The notes under the pieces: generated by a model
Seen by the model: only the letters and a program-made list of their open reading frames with translations
Told to the model about the DNA's origin: nothing
Database searches by the model: none
Made by a program: the position numbers and the translations under genes
Assembly: GCA_018238155.1 (NCBI GenBank)
Contig: JABCTZ010000032.1
Location: forward strand, 160,001-224,000
DNA length: 64,000 nucleotides
Source of the DNA: Candidatus Heimdallarchaeota archaeon
GTDB taxonomy: Archaea; Asgardarchaeota; Heimdallarchaeia; JABLTI01
Reading direction: 5' to 3'
Shown here: positions 51,035-59,720 of the stretch, piece after piece
Layout: each line of letters begins with the position of its first letter
How positions within the stretch are numbered: the stretch's first letter is position 1

Positions 51035-51080
51035 TAAGTAAAAATCAACATAAAAGCTGTTTGAAAGGAAAGATGTCAAA

Positions 51081-51818
51081 ATGTCCTATGATTCTGGTGA
51101 AAGAAGGCAATTTATTGATTTAGAGAAAAAAGCTCTTGTTAGATATGTCTATAGAAACCAAAAGTTTGAGATCATTGTTGATCCAGAACTGGCTTTAAAT
51201 TACAAGAAAGGAGCGGATATCCCTCTTTCTGATATAGTTGAAGGCTTTGTTGTTTTTCACAATGCATCCAAAGGCTCGAAAGCTTCAGAAGTTATTTTGG
51301 AGCAAATATTTGAGTCGAACAATAATGAAGAAATTGTTAAGATTATTCTCACAAAAGGTGCATTACAACTTACTCAAGCTCAACGAAAACGTTTACTCAA
51401 AGATAAAGAAGATGCGATTATTAATTTCATTCACATTCATTGTGTTAATCCACAAACAAATAAACCTCATCCTCCTGCAAGAATTGAGGCTGCAATGGAT
51501 GAAGCTGGAGTACATATCGATTATAATCTAGCCCCTGAAATACAGGCAAAAGAAGTTATCAAACAAATTCAAACTATCATTCCAATAAGATTGGAATCCG
51601 TTGTTTTAGCGGTAAAAGTTACTCCTGATTTCACTGGACCTGCTTTTGGTATAGTGTCTGGTGCAGGTGAACTCATTGAAGATCAATGGGGTGATGATGG
51701 GGTTTGGTATGCAAAAGTAGAAATGCCCTCTGGCAAACAAGCTGACTTTCTTGATAAGATTAACGCTTTAACTAAAGGTAAAGCTGAAGTGAAAATTGTT
51801 GAAAGAAAGAGTGAATGA
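51081..51818 (+). CDS. sdo1: Ribosome maturation factor SBDS/Sdo1
   Basis: KFEIIVDP, LQLTQAQR, NPQTNKPHPPARIEAAM and IIPIR motifs. Confidence 0.97.
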   Translation: MSYDSGERRQFIDLEKKALVRYVYRNQKFEIIVDPELALNYKKGADIPLSDIVEGFVVFHNASKGSKASEVILEQIFESNNNEEIVKIILTKGALQLTQAQRKRLLKDKEDAIINFIHIHCVNPQTNKPHPPARIEAAMDEAGVHIDYNLAPEIQAKEVIKQIQTIIPIRLESVVLAVKVTPDFTGPAFGIVSGAGELIEDQWGDDGVWYAKVEMPSGKQADFLDKINALTKGKAEVKIVERKSE

Positions 51819-51862
51819 ATAAATAAAATAACAATTATTATTTAATCTAAGGAGAAAAAAAA

Positions 51863-52612
51863 ATGCCTATATTAATTCAAGATAGATCCATGGTTACTCC
51901 TGGCGAAGTTATCGCTGAAGGAGACTTTTCTATTGGATCTCATGTCTATAGAAGAGAAAAGAAAGTTGTCTCTCAAGTAATAGGTCTCGTAACAATAAAG
52001 GATAACTTTGTAAGTGTAGTCCCTCTTAAAGGAAAATACTTGCCAAGAGTTGGAGATCTTGTTATAGGAGTAGTTACTGATGTTTCTCTTAGTACATGGA
52101 TTGTGGATATCGCAAGTCCATATCCAGGTGTGATGAGAACCTCTATGTCATTAGCAAGACGATTCGATCCAATAAAAGACAAAACAAGGAAAATCTTTGA
52201 TGTTGGTGAAGTACTAGTTGCTAAAGTATTCTCATTCGATCGAACACGCGATCCAATTTTAACAGTTAGACCTGACACTCGTGGTGGAAATTCTCCATAT
52301 CTAGGTAAGCTAAACGGAGGTAGAGTAATTGATGTTAGCCCCTCCAAAATTCCTCGTCTAATTGGTAGAAGAGGAAGCATGATATCAACAATTAAGCATT
52401 TTACAAATTGTAAAATGATTGTTGGTCAAAACGGTCGTGTCTGGTTTAAAGGAAATAACTCTGAAGATGAGTCATTAGTTTTACGAGCAATTGAGAAAAT
52501 TGATCGCGAAGCTCATACTACTGGGTTAACTGATCGAATTAAAGAATTCCTAGAAGAAGCGAAAAAGGAAATGACCTCACCTTCTAAGGAAAACAAATCC
52601 AATAAGAAGTAA
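51863..52612 (+). CDS. rrp4: Exosome RNA-binding cap subunit Rrp4
   Basis: VTPGEVI, YLPRVGDLVIG, PRLIGRRGSM, GQNGRVW and AHTTGLTDRI motifs. Confidence 0.97.
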   Translation: MPILIQDRSMVTPGEVIAEGDFSIGSHVYRREKKVVSQVIGLVTIKDNFVSVVPLKGKYLPRVGDLVIGVVTDVSLSTWIVDIASPYPGVMRTSMSLARRFDPIKDKTRKIFDVGEVLVAKVFSFDRTRDPILTVRPDTRGGNSPYLGKLNGGRVIDVSPSKIPRLIGRRGSMISTIKHFTNCKMIVGQNGRVWFKGNNSEDESLVLRAIEKIDREAHTTGLTDRIKEFLEEAKKEMTSPSKENKSNKK

Positions 52613-52650
52613 AACTCAGAAAAAAACTTAAGCTAATTAGGTGAAATTTA

Positions 52651-53598
52651 ATGACCAAAAATAAAGAAAAAACTGTGTTATTAACCAAAGATGGTATACG
52701 ACATGATGGTCGTAAAAGAGAAGACTTACGAGAAATTTCATTTGAAGTAGGTGTCTTAGATAGAGCTGATGGCTCCTGTCTAATCCAATGGGGACGAAAC
52801 AAGATTTTAGCCGCGGTATATGGGCCTCGTGAATTGCATCCAAAACACATGCAAATGCCTGGTCAAGCATATATTAGATGTGAATACAGAATGGCAACAT
52901 TCTCTGTTCCTAACAGAAAAAGTCCTGCACCAAAGAGAAGAGAAAAAGAAATTTCTAAATTACTCGGTGAAGCTTTAAACCCTGCATTATTTACTTATCT
53001 CTATCCTCGTTCAGTAATTGATGTATTTATTGAAGTATTACAAGCAGATGGTGGTACAAGATGTGCTGCAATTACCGCTGCATCTTTAGCATTAGCTGAT
53101 GCTGGTATACCAATGAAAGATCTAGTCACAGGAGTTGCCGCAGGTAATCTTTCTGAAAAAATAGTTTTGGATCTTGATGATGTTGAAGATAAAGAAGGTC
53201 TTGGTGACTTACCAATTGCTTATCTTCCAAACTTGGAGAAAGTTGTTCTTCTACAATCTGATGGAATATTCACACCAAATCAATATAAAGAAGCTTTAGA
53301 TATGCTTGTTCCTGCTTGTAAGAAGATCTATCAATTACAACGAAAAGCAATCACTGACAAATACTCTCAAATAAATGAGGCTGTTCAGAAAGATTTAGAG
53401 AAAGAGTCAAAAGAAAAATCTGCAAAAGATAAGGACTCTAAAACCAAAGATGATAAGAAAGACAAGAAAGCTGATGATGGAAAGAAATCAAAAGCTTCTG
53501 AGAAGGAAGAGAAAAAGAAGAAAGGCTTAAAGAAATCTTCCAGAAAGAAAGACGATAAAAAACAAGCTTCTAAGGAAAAAGAAGCTAAAAAGGACTAA
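52651..53598 (+). CDS. rrp41: Exosome catalytic subunit Rrp41 with Lys/Asp/Glu-rich tail
   Basis: RHDGR, VYGPRE, YRMATFS and QADGGTRCA motifs. Confidence 0.97.
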   Translation: MTKNKEKTVLLTKDGIRHDGRKREDLREISFEVGVLDRADGSCLIQWGRNKILAAVYGPRELHPKHMQMPGQAYIRCEYRMATFSVPNRKSPAPKRREKEISKLLGEALNPALFTYLYPRSVIDVFIEVLQADGGTRCAAITAASLALADAGIPMKDLVTGVAAGNLSEKIVLDLDDVEDKEGLGDLPIAYLPNLEKVVLLQSDGIFTPNQYKEALDMLVPACKKIYQLQRKAITDKYSQINEAVQKDLEKESKEKSAKDKDSKTKDDKKDKKADDGKKSKASEKEEKKKKGLKKSSRKKDDKKQASKEKEAKKD

Positions 53599-53615
53599 TT
53601 AGGGAGGCAAATACA

Positions 53616-54470
53616 ATGACAAAAAAAGGTCTAATTAGTGTTGTAGAGCGTGAACACATTCTCTCATTATTAAATCATGGTAAAAGAACTGATGGCAGAG
53701 CCTTCGACGAATTCAGAAAGATAACTATTATTCCTGGATACGTTCAAAAAGCAGAAGGATCAGCAATCGCTAAAATTGGCAAAAGCAAAGTAATTGCAGG
53801 TGTAAAAGCACAAATGGGTACTCCATTCCCTGATACACCAAATAAAGGAGTAATTACTACTACTGTAGAATTAGTTCCAGTAGCTGCTCCTGAATTTGAA
53901 TCAGGACCTCCTCGTGAATTTGCCATTGAACTCGCAAGAGTTGCAGATAGAGCAATACGTGAATCAGAAGCAGTATCAAACGAAGATTTGGTGGTATTAC
54001 CAAGTAAATCTGTTTGGATTCTCTTCATTGATATTTATGTGTTAGATCATGATGGAAATCTCTATGATGCATGTGAACTTGCTGCCTTAGGTGCACTATT
54101 AAATACACAAATTCCTGATGTTAAAATAGTCACAAATGAAAAAGGTGAAGAAGTAGTTGAGCTTCTTGAAACAACTCATCCACTAGTAATGAAGCATGTA
54201 CCTATCAGCTGTACTTTCTCAAAAATTGGTGATAATATCATTGTTGATCCAAATTATGCAGAAGAACACATTCAAGACACACGACTTACACTTGCTTTTA
54301 CAGAAGAAAATAAGATTTGTTCCACACAAAAAGGTGAATCTGGAACCTTTTCTGTAGAAGAAATCAAAAAGTGCATTGATATTGCAGCAGAAAGAACGAA
54401 AGACATAAGAAGTCAACTCGATACAATCGTTGACCCACAAGGAAACCCTTGGTCTGAGGAATCCTCCTAA
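53616..54470 (+). CDS. rrp42: Exosome subunit Rrp42
   Basis: RTDGR, PFPDTPNKG, FESGPP, ELARVADRAIRES and DHDGNLYDA motifs. Confidence 0.97.
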   Translation: MTKKGLISVVEREHILSLLNHGKRTDGRAFDEFRKITIIPGYVQKAEGSAIAKIGKSKVIAGVKAQMGTPFPDTPNKGVITTTVELVPVAAPEFESGPPREFAIELARVADRAIRESEAVSNEDLVVLPSKSVWILFIDIYVLDHDGNLYDACELAALGALLNTQIPDVKIVTNEKGEEVVELLETTHPLVMKHVPISCTFSKIGDNIIVDPNYAEEHIQDTRLTLAFTEENKICSTQKGESGTFSVEEIKKCIDIAAERTKDIRSQLDTIVDPQGNPWSEESS

Positions 54471-54511
54471 GACCAAATTATTCCATAAATAATACCAAGA
54501 AGGTAAAATCA

Positions 54512-54802
54512 ATGACTCGAAAAACAAAGAAAGTCGGTTCAACTGGTCGTTTCGGACCTAGATATGGTTCTCAACTTAAGAAACGTGTCCTAAAAATAGA
54601 GCAAGGCATGCATGCTGCTCACAAATGTCCAAATTGTGCTAGTCCAAATGTAAAAAGGAAATCAGTAGGAATTTGGACCTGTAAAAAATGCAAAGCAAGC
54701 TTTGCAGGTGGCGCATGGGTACCAATAACTCCAACAGGAAAATCGGCTTCAAGAACAACAATAAGTTTAGAAGAACAACGACTTGAGAAAGCCAAGAAAT
54801 GA
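54512..54802 (+). CDS. rpl37ae: 50S ribosomal protein eL43 (L37Ae)
   Basis: GRFGPRYG, CPNC and GIWTCKKC...AGGAW motifs. Confidence 0.98.
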   Translation: MTRKTKKVGSTGRFGPRYGSQLKKRVLKIEQGMHAAHKCPNCASPNVKRKSVGIWTCKKCKASFAGGAWVPITPTGKSASRTTISLEEQRLEKAKK

Positions 54803-55452
54803 ATGAACGAGAAATATCTCCCTACGAAAAATTTATGTTAACAACCTCTAGGAAACCTAGCCATAGGACGCGTTCTTTTACGCGTGATTTGGTTAGGGTT
54901 ATTCCTTGGTGTTTTCATTTTACCAGAGGTTCATGCAGTCTAAAAGACTTAGCTGAAGAGTTAACAGATTTAGGTATAAACAGGGTTCTAATTTTACATG
55001 AGAGAAAAGGAAATCCTAGTCTCATTAAATTTTATAAACTTGTAAACGAGAAATTAGAAGAAAGAGAGTATCGTGTGCGAATTAAAGGGATTAGTCTTGG
55101 TCGAGAACTAAGAAATGTTAGATCAATTTTTACTTCTGAATCTAAATTTAGCGTAATTAATCAATCAAAATCTGATTTTGGTGAACAACTCTATACTATG
55201 TTATCAATATTCTTTGATTTTCAGCGCACACGTGCACTACCTCAAGACCCCAATTTCAAAGGAATAGCTATTCTGTATTCTGATACTACAGAAGGACACA
55301 TCAATTTAGTTTTTCAACAAATAGAATCGAAGAAGATGATTGGTCCAAGAATAACTATATCTGATGTCTATTTAGGTAAGAAAGGTGAAGCTATTAGTTC
55401 ATTGATGGACATAATTGGTATTGGAAAAAGAAAAAGACAATCAAAGAATTGA
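54799..55452 (+). CDS. Brix-domain ribosome biogenesis protein
   Basis: TTSRKPSHRTRSF, RGSCSL, ERKGNPS and IGPRI motifs. Confidence 0.9.
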   Translation: MNEREISPYEKFMLTTSRKPSHRTRSFTRDLVRVIPWCFHFTRGSCSLKDLAEELTDLGINRVLILHERKGNPSLIKFYKLVNEKLEEREYRVRIKGISLGRELRNVRSIFTSESKFSVINQSKSDFGEQLYTMLSIFFDFQRTRALPQDPNFKGIAILYSDTTEGHINLVFQQIESKKMIGPRITISDVYLGKKGEAISSLMDIIGIGKRKRQSKN

Positions 55453-55490
55453 TTGTTGTATTTATCTGTTAAAATTCTACTGCTGTTGGG

Positions 55491-55778
55491 ATGATTTTGG
55501 TCGACAATCAAGAGAACAATCATTCATTTAGCTTTATTTCTGAATTAGTAATCAAATCGTTATCTAATAAAGAAATTACAGCTATTTATTCTGCAATATA
55601 TCCAGAAACAACAGTTGAAATTAGTTCAAGAGGAAAAGCAGAAATATTTATCGAAGATGGTATTTGCTTGCGAATGGTTTTTTCTGCTATAGATTTCATT
55701 TCCCTACGTGCAATGGTTAGTTCATATTTAAGATGGATTGATGCAGCAATTTCCTCACTAAATATTGTTGAGTTGTAA
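55491..55778 (+). CDS. pcc1: KEOPS complex subunit Pcc1
   Basis: AIYSAIYPE...SRG...A.DFISLRAMVSSYLRWI; canonical position in the superoperon. Confidence 0.88.
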   Translation: MILVDNQENNHSFSFISELVIKSLSNKEITAIYSAIYPETTVEISSRGKAEIFIEDGICLRMVFSAIDFISLRAMVSSYLRWIDAAISSLNIVEL

Positions 55779-55910
55779 GAAATAAAATCACTTAATGAAA
55801 TACTCCAAGAATACCTAACAAACAACAGAGTGAAAAGATTTTTAATATAAAGCAAATCAAAACAATCAGAAAGAAAGCAATTCTTAATTGCAAGTATAGA
55901 AGGAATAATC

Positions 55911-56093
55911 ATGACTCACGGTTCAGTACAAAAAGCCGGAAAAGTTAGAAACTCTACACCAAAAGTAGAACAAAAACATCATGTTTCTAGGCATCCCCGG
56001 ACAAGAAACAAACATAATTACTTAAAGCGAAATATAAAGGGTATCCCAACTGGACAACAATCAGGCGCAAAGCGTAGAAGAAGAAGAAGATAA
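55911..56093 (+). CDS. rps30e: 30S ribosomal protein eS30
   Basis: HGSVQKAGKVRNSTPKV motif. Confidence 0.95.
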   Translation: MTHGSVQKAGKVRNSTPKVEQKHHVSRHPRTRNKHNYLKRNIKGIPTGQQSGAKRRRRRR

Positions 56094-56230
56094 CTTCTTC
56101 CTCATTCATATATCCTATACGTTTATCCTTTTACGTTCAACATTAGCCTAATTTTAAAAAGATTTAGTGTAACAATGGAAGCAAATTTGTTAGTAAAATT
56201 TTAAGTGTAATCTAAGTTATCTTAGTAATA

Positions 56231-57835
56231 ATGGATGTTTCACTCTTGGAAAAAGAAAAAATATATCGTGAAATATTGGAACAAATTATCGCTTCTCCCC
56301 CCAAAAATCAAAAAGGTCTAGCGAAAATTAAAAGAGCTGCTTGTAAAAAATACTCTCTAAATCATTTTCCAAGAAATAGTGATATCCTAGAATGTGCTAC
56401 TGAAAAGGAACGACCAATAGTTCTTCCAATTTTAATCAAAAAACCGAGTAGAACTCTATCTGGAGTTGCTGTAGTTGCTGTAATGAGTAAACCTTTAGCA
56501 TGTCCACATGGGAAATGTACTATGTGCCCTGGCGGACCGGAGGAAGATAGTCCACAATCATATACTGGTTTTGAACCTGCTGCAATGCGTGGGAAAATGT
56601 TTGAATATGATCCTGAAAAACAAGTTACTGCAAGATTGCAACAATTAGAAGCAATTGGTCATAATACTAGTAAAATTGATTTAATTTTAATGGGTGGAAC
56701 ATTACCTGCTGCTCCATTGGAATATCAAGAATCTTTCATTAAGGGTTGTCTTGATGGTGTTACCAAAAGACATTCCAAAACAATTGAAGACGCAATAGAA
56801 TTTGCAGAAACAAGTGAAAGACGTTGTGTAGGCATAACAGTAGAAACACGACCTGATACTTGTTCAATTGAAAATTTAAAACAGCAATTAAATTGGGGTG
56901 TTACTCGAGTAGAAGTAGGTGTGCAAATAGTTAACGACAAAGTTTACACGAGAATTAATCGTGGACATACTGTGGATGATGTGACCAATGCTTTCAAAAC
57001 ACTACGAGATTTAGGTTTGAAAGTTACAGCGCATATGATGGTTGGATTACCTGGTGTTACTTGGGAAAAGGAACTTGAAAGTTTCAAGACCTTTATGCAA
57101 GATTCTAGATTTACACCTGATGAATTGAAAATATATCCATTGATGCTAATGGAAAACACTAAACTTTATCAAGAATATTTAGCTGGTGACTATGAACCCT
57201 TAACTCATGATGAAACCGTCAAGAGAGTTGCAGAATTTAAAATCAATATTCTACCTAGTATTCGTTTGAAAAGAGTATTACGTGATATTCCTGCTACAAA
57301 GATATTTGCTGGACCGAAGAAAAGTGATTTACGGGAATACGCACAAAGACATTTAGAAGAATCTGGACGAAAATGTCGTTGTATTCGTTGCAGAGAAGTG
57401 GGTCATCAAATTAGGAAAGGTATCAATCCTTCAATTGATGATATAGAATTAATTAGAAGGGAGTATGATGCTTCAGGAGGAAAAGAAATTTTTCTTTCAT
57501 ATGAAGATACTTCTCAAGATATTATTTTGGGATTCTTACGTCTCCGTCATCCATCTGAGGATAGACTCATCTCAGGTGTCGGAGAAAAACCATTTTCTAT
57601 CATAAGAGAACTACATATTTATGGGTCTATTGTGGGAATTGGTTTTAATGCAAAACAAGCTTCAGATTGGCAACACAAGGGCTATGGCTCAAAATTAGTT
57701 GAAGAAGCGGTTACAATATCTCGAGATGAAGAGGGAAGTGAATTGTTGTTAGTAACAAGTGGAATTGGTGTTAGAGAATACTATAAAAAAAGAGGATTTG
57801 GAAAGCTCTATCCATATATGGCTCGAGTTTTGTAA
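56231..57835 (+). CDS. elp3: Elp3 radical SAM/acetyltransferase (tRNA U34 carboxymethylation)
   Basis: RTLSGVAVVAVM, CPHGKCTMCPGG, PQSYTGFEPA, ETRPD, CIRCRE and QHKGYG motifs. Confidence 0.97.
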   Translation: MDVSLLEKEKIYREILEQIIASPPKNQKGLAKIKRAACKKYSLNHFPRNSDILECATEKERPIVLPILIKKPSRTLSGVAVVAVMSKPLACPHGKCTMCPGGPEEDSPQSYTGFEPAAMRGKMFEYDPEKQVTARLQQLEAIGHNTSKIDLILMGGTLPAAPLEYQESFIKGCLDGVTKRHSKTIEDAIEFAETSERRCVGITVETRPDTCSIENLKQQLNWGVTRVEVGVQIVNDKVYTRINRGHTVDDVTNAFKTLRDLGLKVTAHMMVGLPGVTWEKELESFKTFMQDSRFTPDELKIYPLMLMENTKLYQEYLAGDYEPLTHDETVKRVAEFKINILPSIRLKRVLRDIPATKIFAGPKKSDLREYAQRHLEESGRKCRCIRCREVGHQIRKGINPSIDDIELIRREYDASGGKEIFLSYEDTSQDIILGFLRLRHPSEDRLISGVGEKPFSIIRELHIYGSIVGIGFNAKQASDWQHKGYGSKLVEEAVTISRDEEGSELLLVTSGIGVREYYKKRGFGKLYPYMARVL

Positions 57836-57837
57836 GC

Positions 57838-59544
57838 TCATTTGAAGAGTAATAAACTATCTCTGAATTTTTCGGGTTTTTTAAACCCAAGAAGATTAAG
57901 TACAGTTGAAGCAACATTGCTCAATCCAGGTTCGTTTACTTGCGGATTTAATTCGTACTCTCCTTTCCAATTTTTATCAACAATCCAAAAACCGACTGGA
58001 TTTAATGAATGAGCTGTTTTTGTTCTACCATCTTTGAATTTCATCTCTTCACAATTACCATGATCTGCAGTAATAATAGTAATGCCATTTTGTTCATTAA
58101 CAATATCGATTAAATCTTCTAGGCATTTATCAACAACTTTAACAGATTTTACTGCAGCATCAATAACCCCTGTATGACCAACCATGTCACCATTTGCAAG
58201 GTTTACTCTTACAAATTTGAATTTATTACTCTTCAAAATTTCAATAACTTGATTACAAACTTCCACCGCTTTCATTTCTGGATGAATTGGAATCATTTCA
58301 TTTGGTTCAGATTGAATCTCAACATATTCTTCTTGTCCTTCGCATACATAACCTGAACGATTTCCGTTCCAAAAATAGGTTACATGCCCAAATTTATGCG
58401 TCTCAGCAATAGCAAATGAGGTAATACCGTTTGAACAACAATAATCGGAGAGGATATCTGTGATATCTGGAGACTTAACCAAATATCGTTTCGGAATAAA
58501 TTTATCTCCATCATATTGCATTAGCCCCACATAATCTATCTGTGGAAAAACAATTCGATCAAATTTATCAAAATTCTCATCCTCAAAAGCTTGAGTAATT
58601 TGGATTGCTCTATCTCCTCTGAAATTAAAATTAACAACTAAATCATCATCAACGATTTTTCCTACAGGTTGCTCCTTTTCATCTATGATTACAAATGGTG
58701 GTAATGTTTGATCGTTTTTATTTGGAAAACAATTGCGTGCATGTGTTATCGCTTCTTCTGCAGATTTGTAATAGCCTTTGTACCCGTTGACAAGTTCTTC
58801 ATCTTCAATAATACCTCGAACATGAGCATTCCATCCTCTTTGAACAATTTTCCAATCTGATTCATACCTATCCATGGTAACTTGCATTCTTCCTCCGCCT
58901 GAAGCAATTCTATAATCATGCTTTTGGTTGGAATATTTACAATTCATTTCTTCCAATTTAGTTTCTAGAGGATAAATAAATTCTAAAGCAGAGTGAGCGG
59001 AAACATCTCTTCCATCTGTAAGAACATGCACTCTTAGATTTTGTATTTTTGCTCTAGCAAAGCCTTCAATTAAACTAATTAGTTGGGATAAATTGCTGTG
59101 AACATTGCCATCAGATAATAGCCCTATAAGATGAACAGTACTGTTTTTAGCTTGTGCTCTTTTCGTCAGTTTTTCCCAAATTTCAGTTTGAAAAATAGCT
59201 TTGGTTTTAATGGATGCACTGACAAGTTTGGCTCCCTGATCAATTATTTGTCCAGATCCCAAAGCATTATGACCTACTTCGCTATTCCCCATATCATTAT
59301 CAGATAATAAACCAACAGCTGGTCCATGAGCTCTTAGTGAACAATATAACATCCTTTCAGAGCACTCTACAGTTATTTTTTGCAATGTCTTTGGTTTAGC
59401 TAGAAACACTGCATTTCCATCATCTTCTTTGCCTAAACCGATACCATCCATAATGATCAATAGTAGAGGACCCGTTCTACCTGTGAACGACTTTAATTTT
59501 TCAAGTTTATACATAGAATTGTCCAACTTTTCAGTAATTTTCAT
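57838..59544 (-). CDS. gpmI: 2,3-BPG-independent phosphoglycerate mutase
   Basis: MGNSEVGH, LSDGNVHS, DGRD, NFRGDR, DMVGHTG and TADHGN motifs. Confidence 0.96.
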   Translation of the reverse strand: MKITEKLDNSMYKLEKLKSFTGRTGPLLLIIMDGIGLGKEDDGNAVFLAKPKTLQKITVECSERMLYCSLRAHGPAVGLLSDNDMGNSEVGHNALGSGQIIDQGAKLVSASIKTKAIFQTEIWEKLTKRAQAKNSTVHLIGLLSDGNVHSNLSQLISLIEGFARAKIQNLRVHVLTDGRDVSAHSALEFIYPLETKLEEMNCKYSNQKHDYRIASGGGRMQVTMDRYESDWKIVQRGWNAHVRGIIEDEELVNGYKGYYKSAEEAITHARNCFPNKNDQTLPPFVIIDEKEQPVGKIVDDDLVVNFNFRGDRAIQITQAFEDENFDKFDRIVFPQIDYVGLMQYDGDKFIPKRYLVKSPDITDILSDYCCSNGITSFAIAETHKFGHVTYFWNGNRSGYVCEGQEEYVEIQSEPNEMIPIHPEMKAVEVCNQVIEILKSNKFKFVRVNLANGDMVGHTGVIDAAVKSVKVVDKCLEDLIDIVNEQNGITIITADHGNCEEMKFKDGRTKTAHSLNPVGFWIVDKNWKGEYELNPQVNEPGLSNVASTVLNLLGFKKPEKFRDSLLLFK

Positions 59545-59720
59545 TCAAATCATCGTTGCTACTAAAATATTGCTTAAAAACATTTAAGAATATTGATTTT
59601 TATTCTAATAATCCCTTTACTGGAAACAAACTGCATAATAAAGCAAACAAAACTGTAGTAATGCCGCTAAAGAATAATTAATATCTAAGAATTCTTTTGT
59701 AATGAATAGGATTGTAAAAA

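Noticed and set aside
56111-56137. Imperfect direct repeat TATCCT(A/TT)TACGTT between rps30e and elp3
   Set aside because: Only two short copies within a pyrimidine-rich, terminator-like stretch; not enough to call a binding site.
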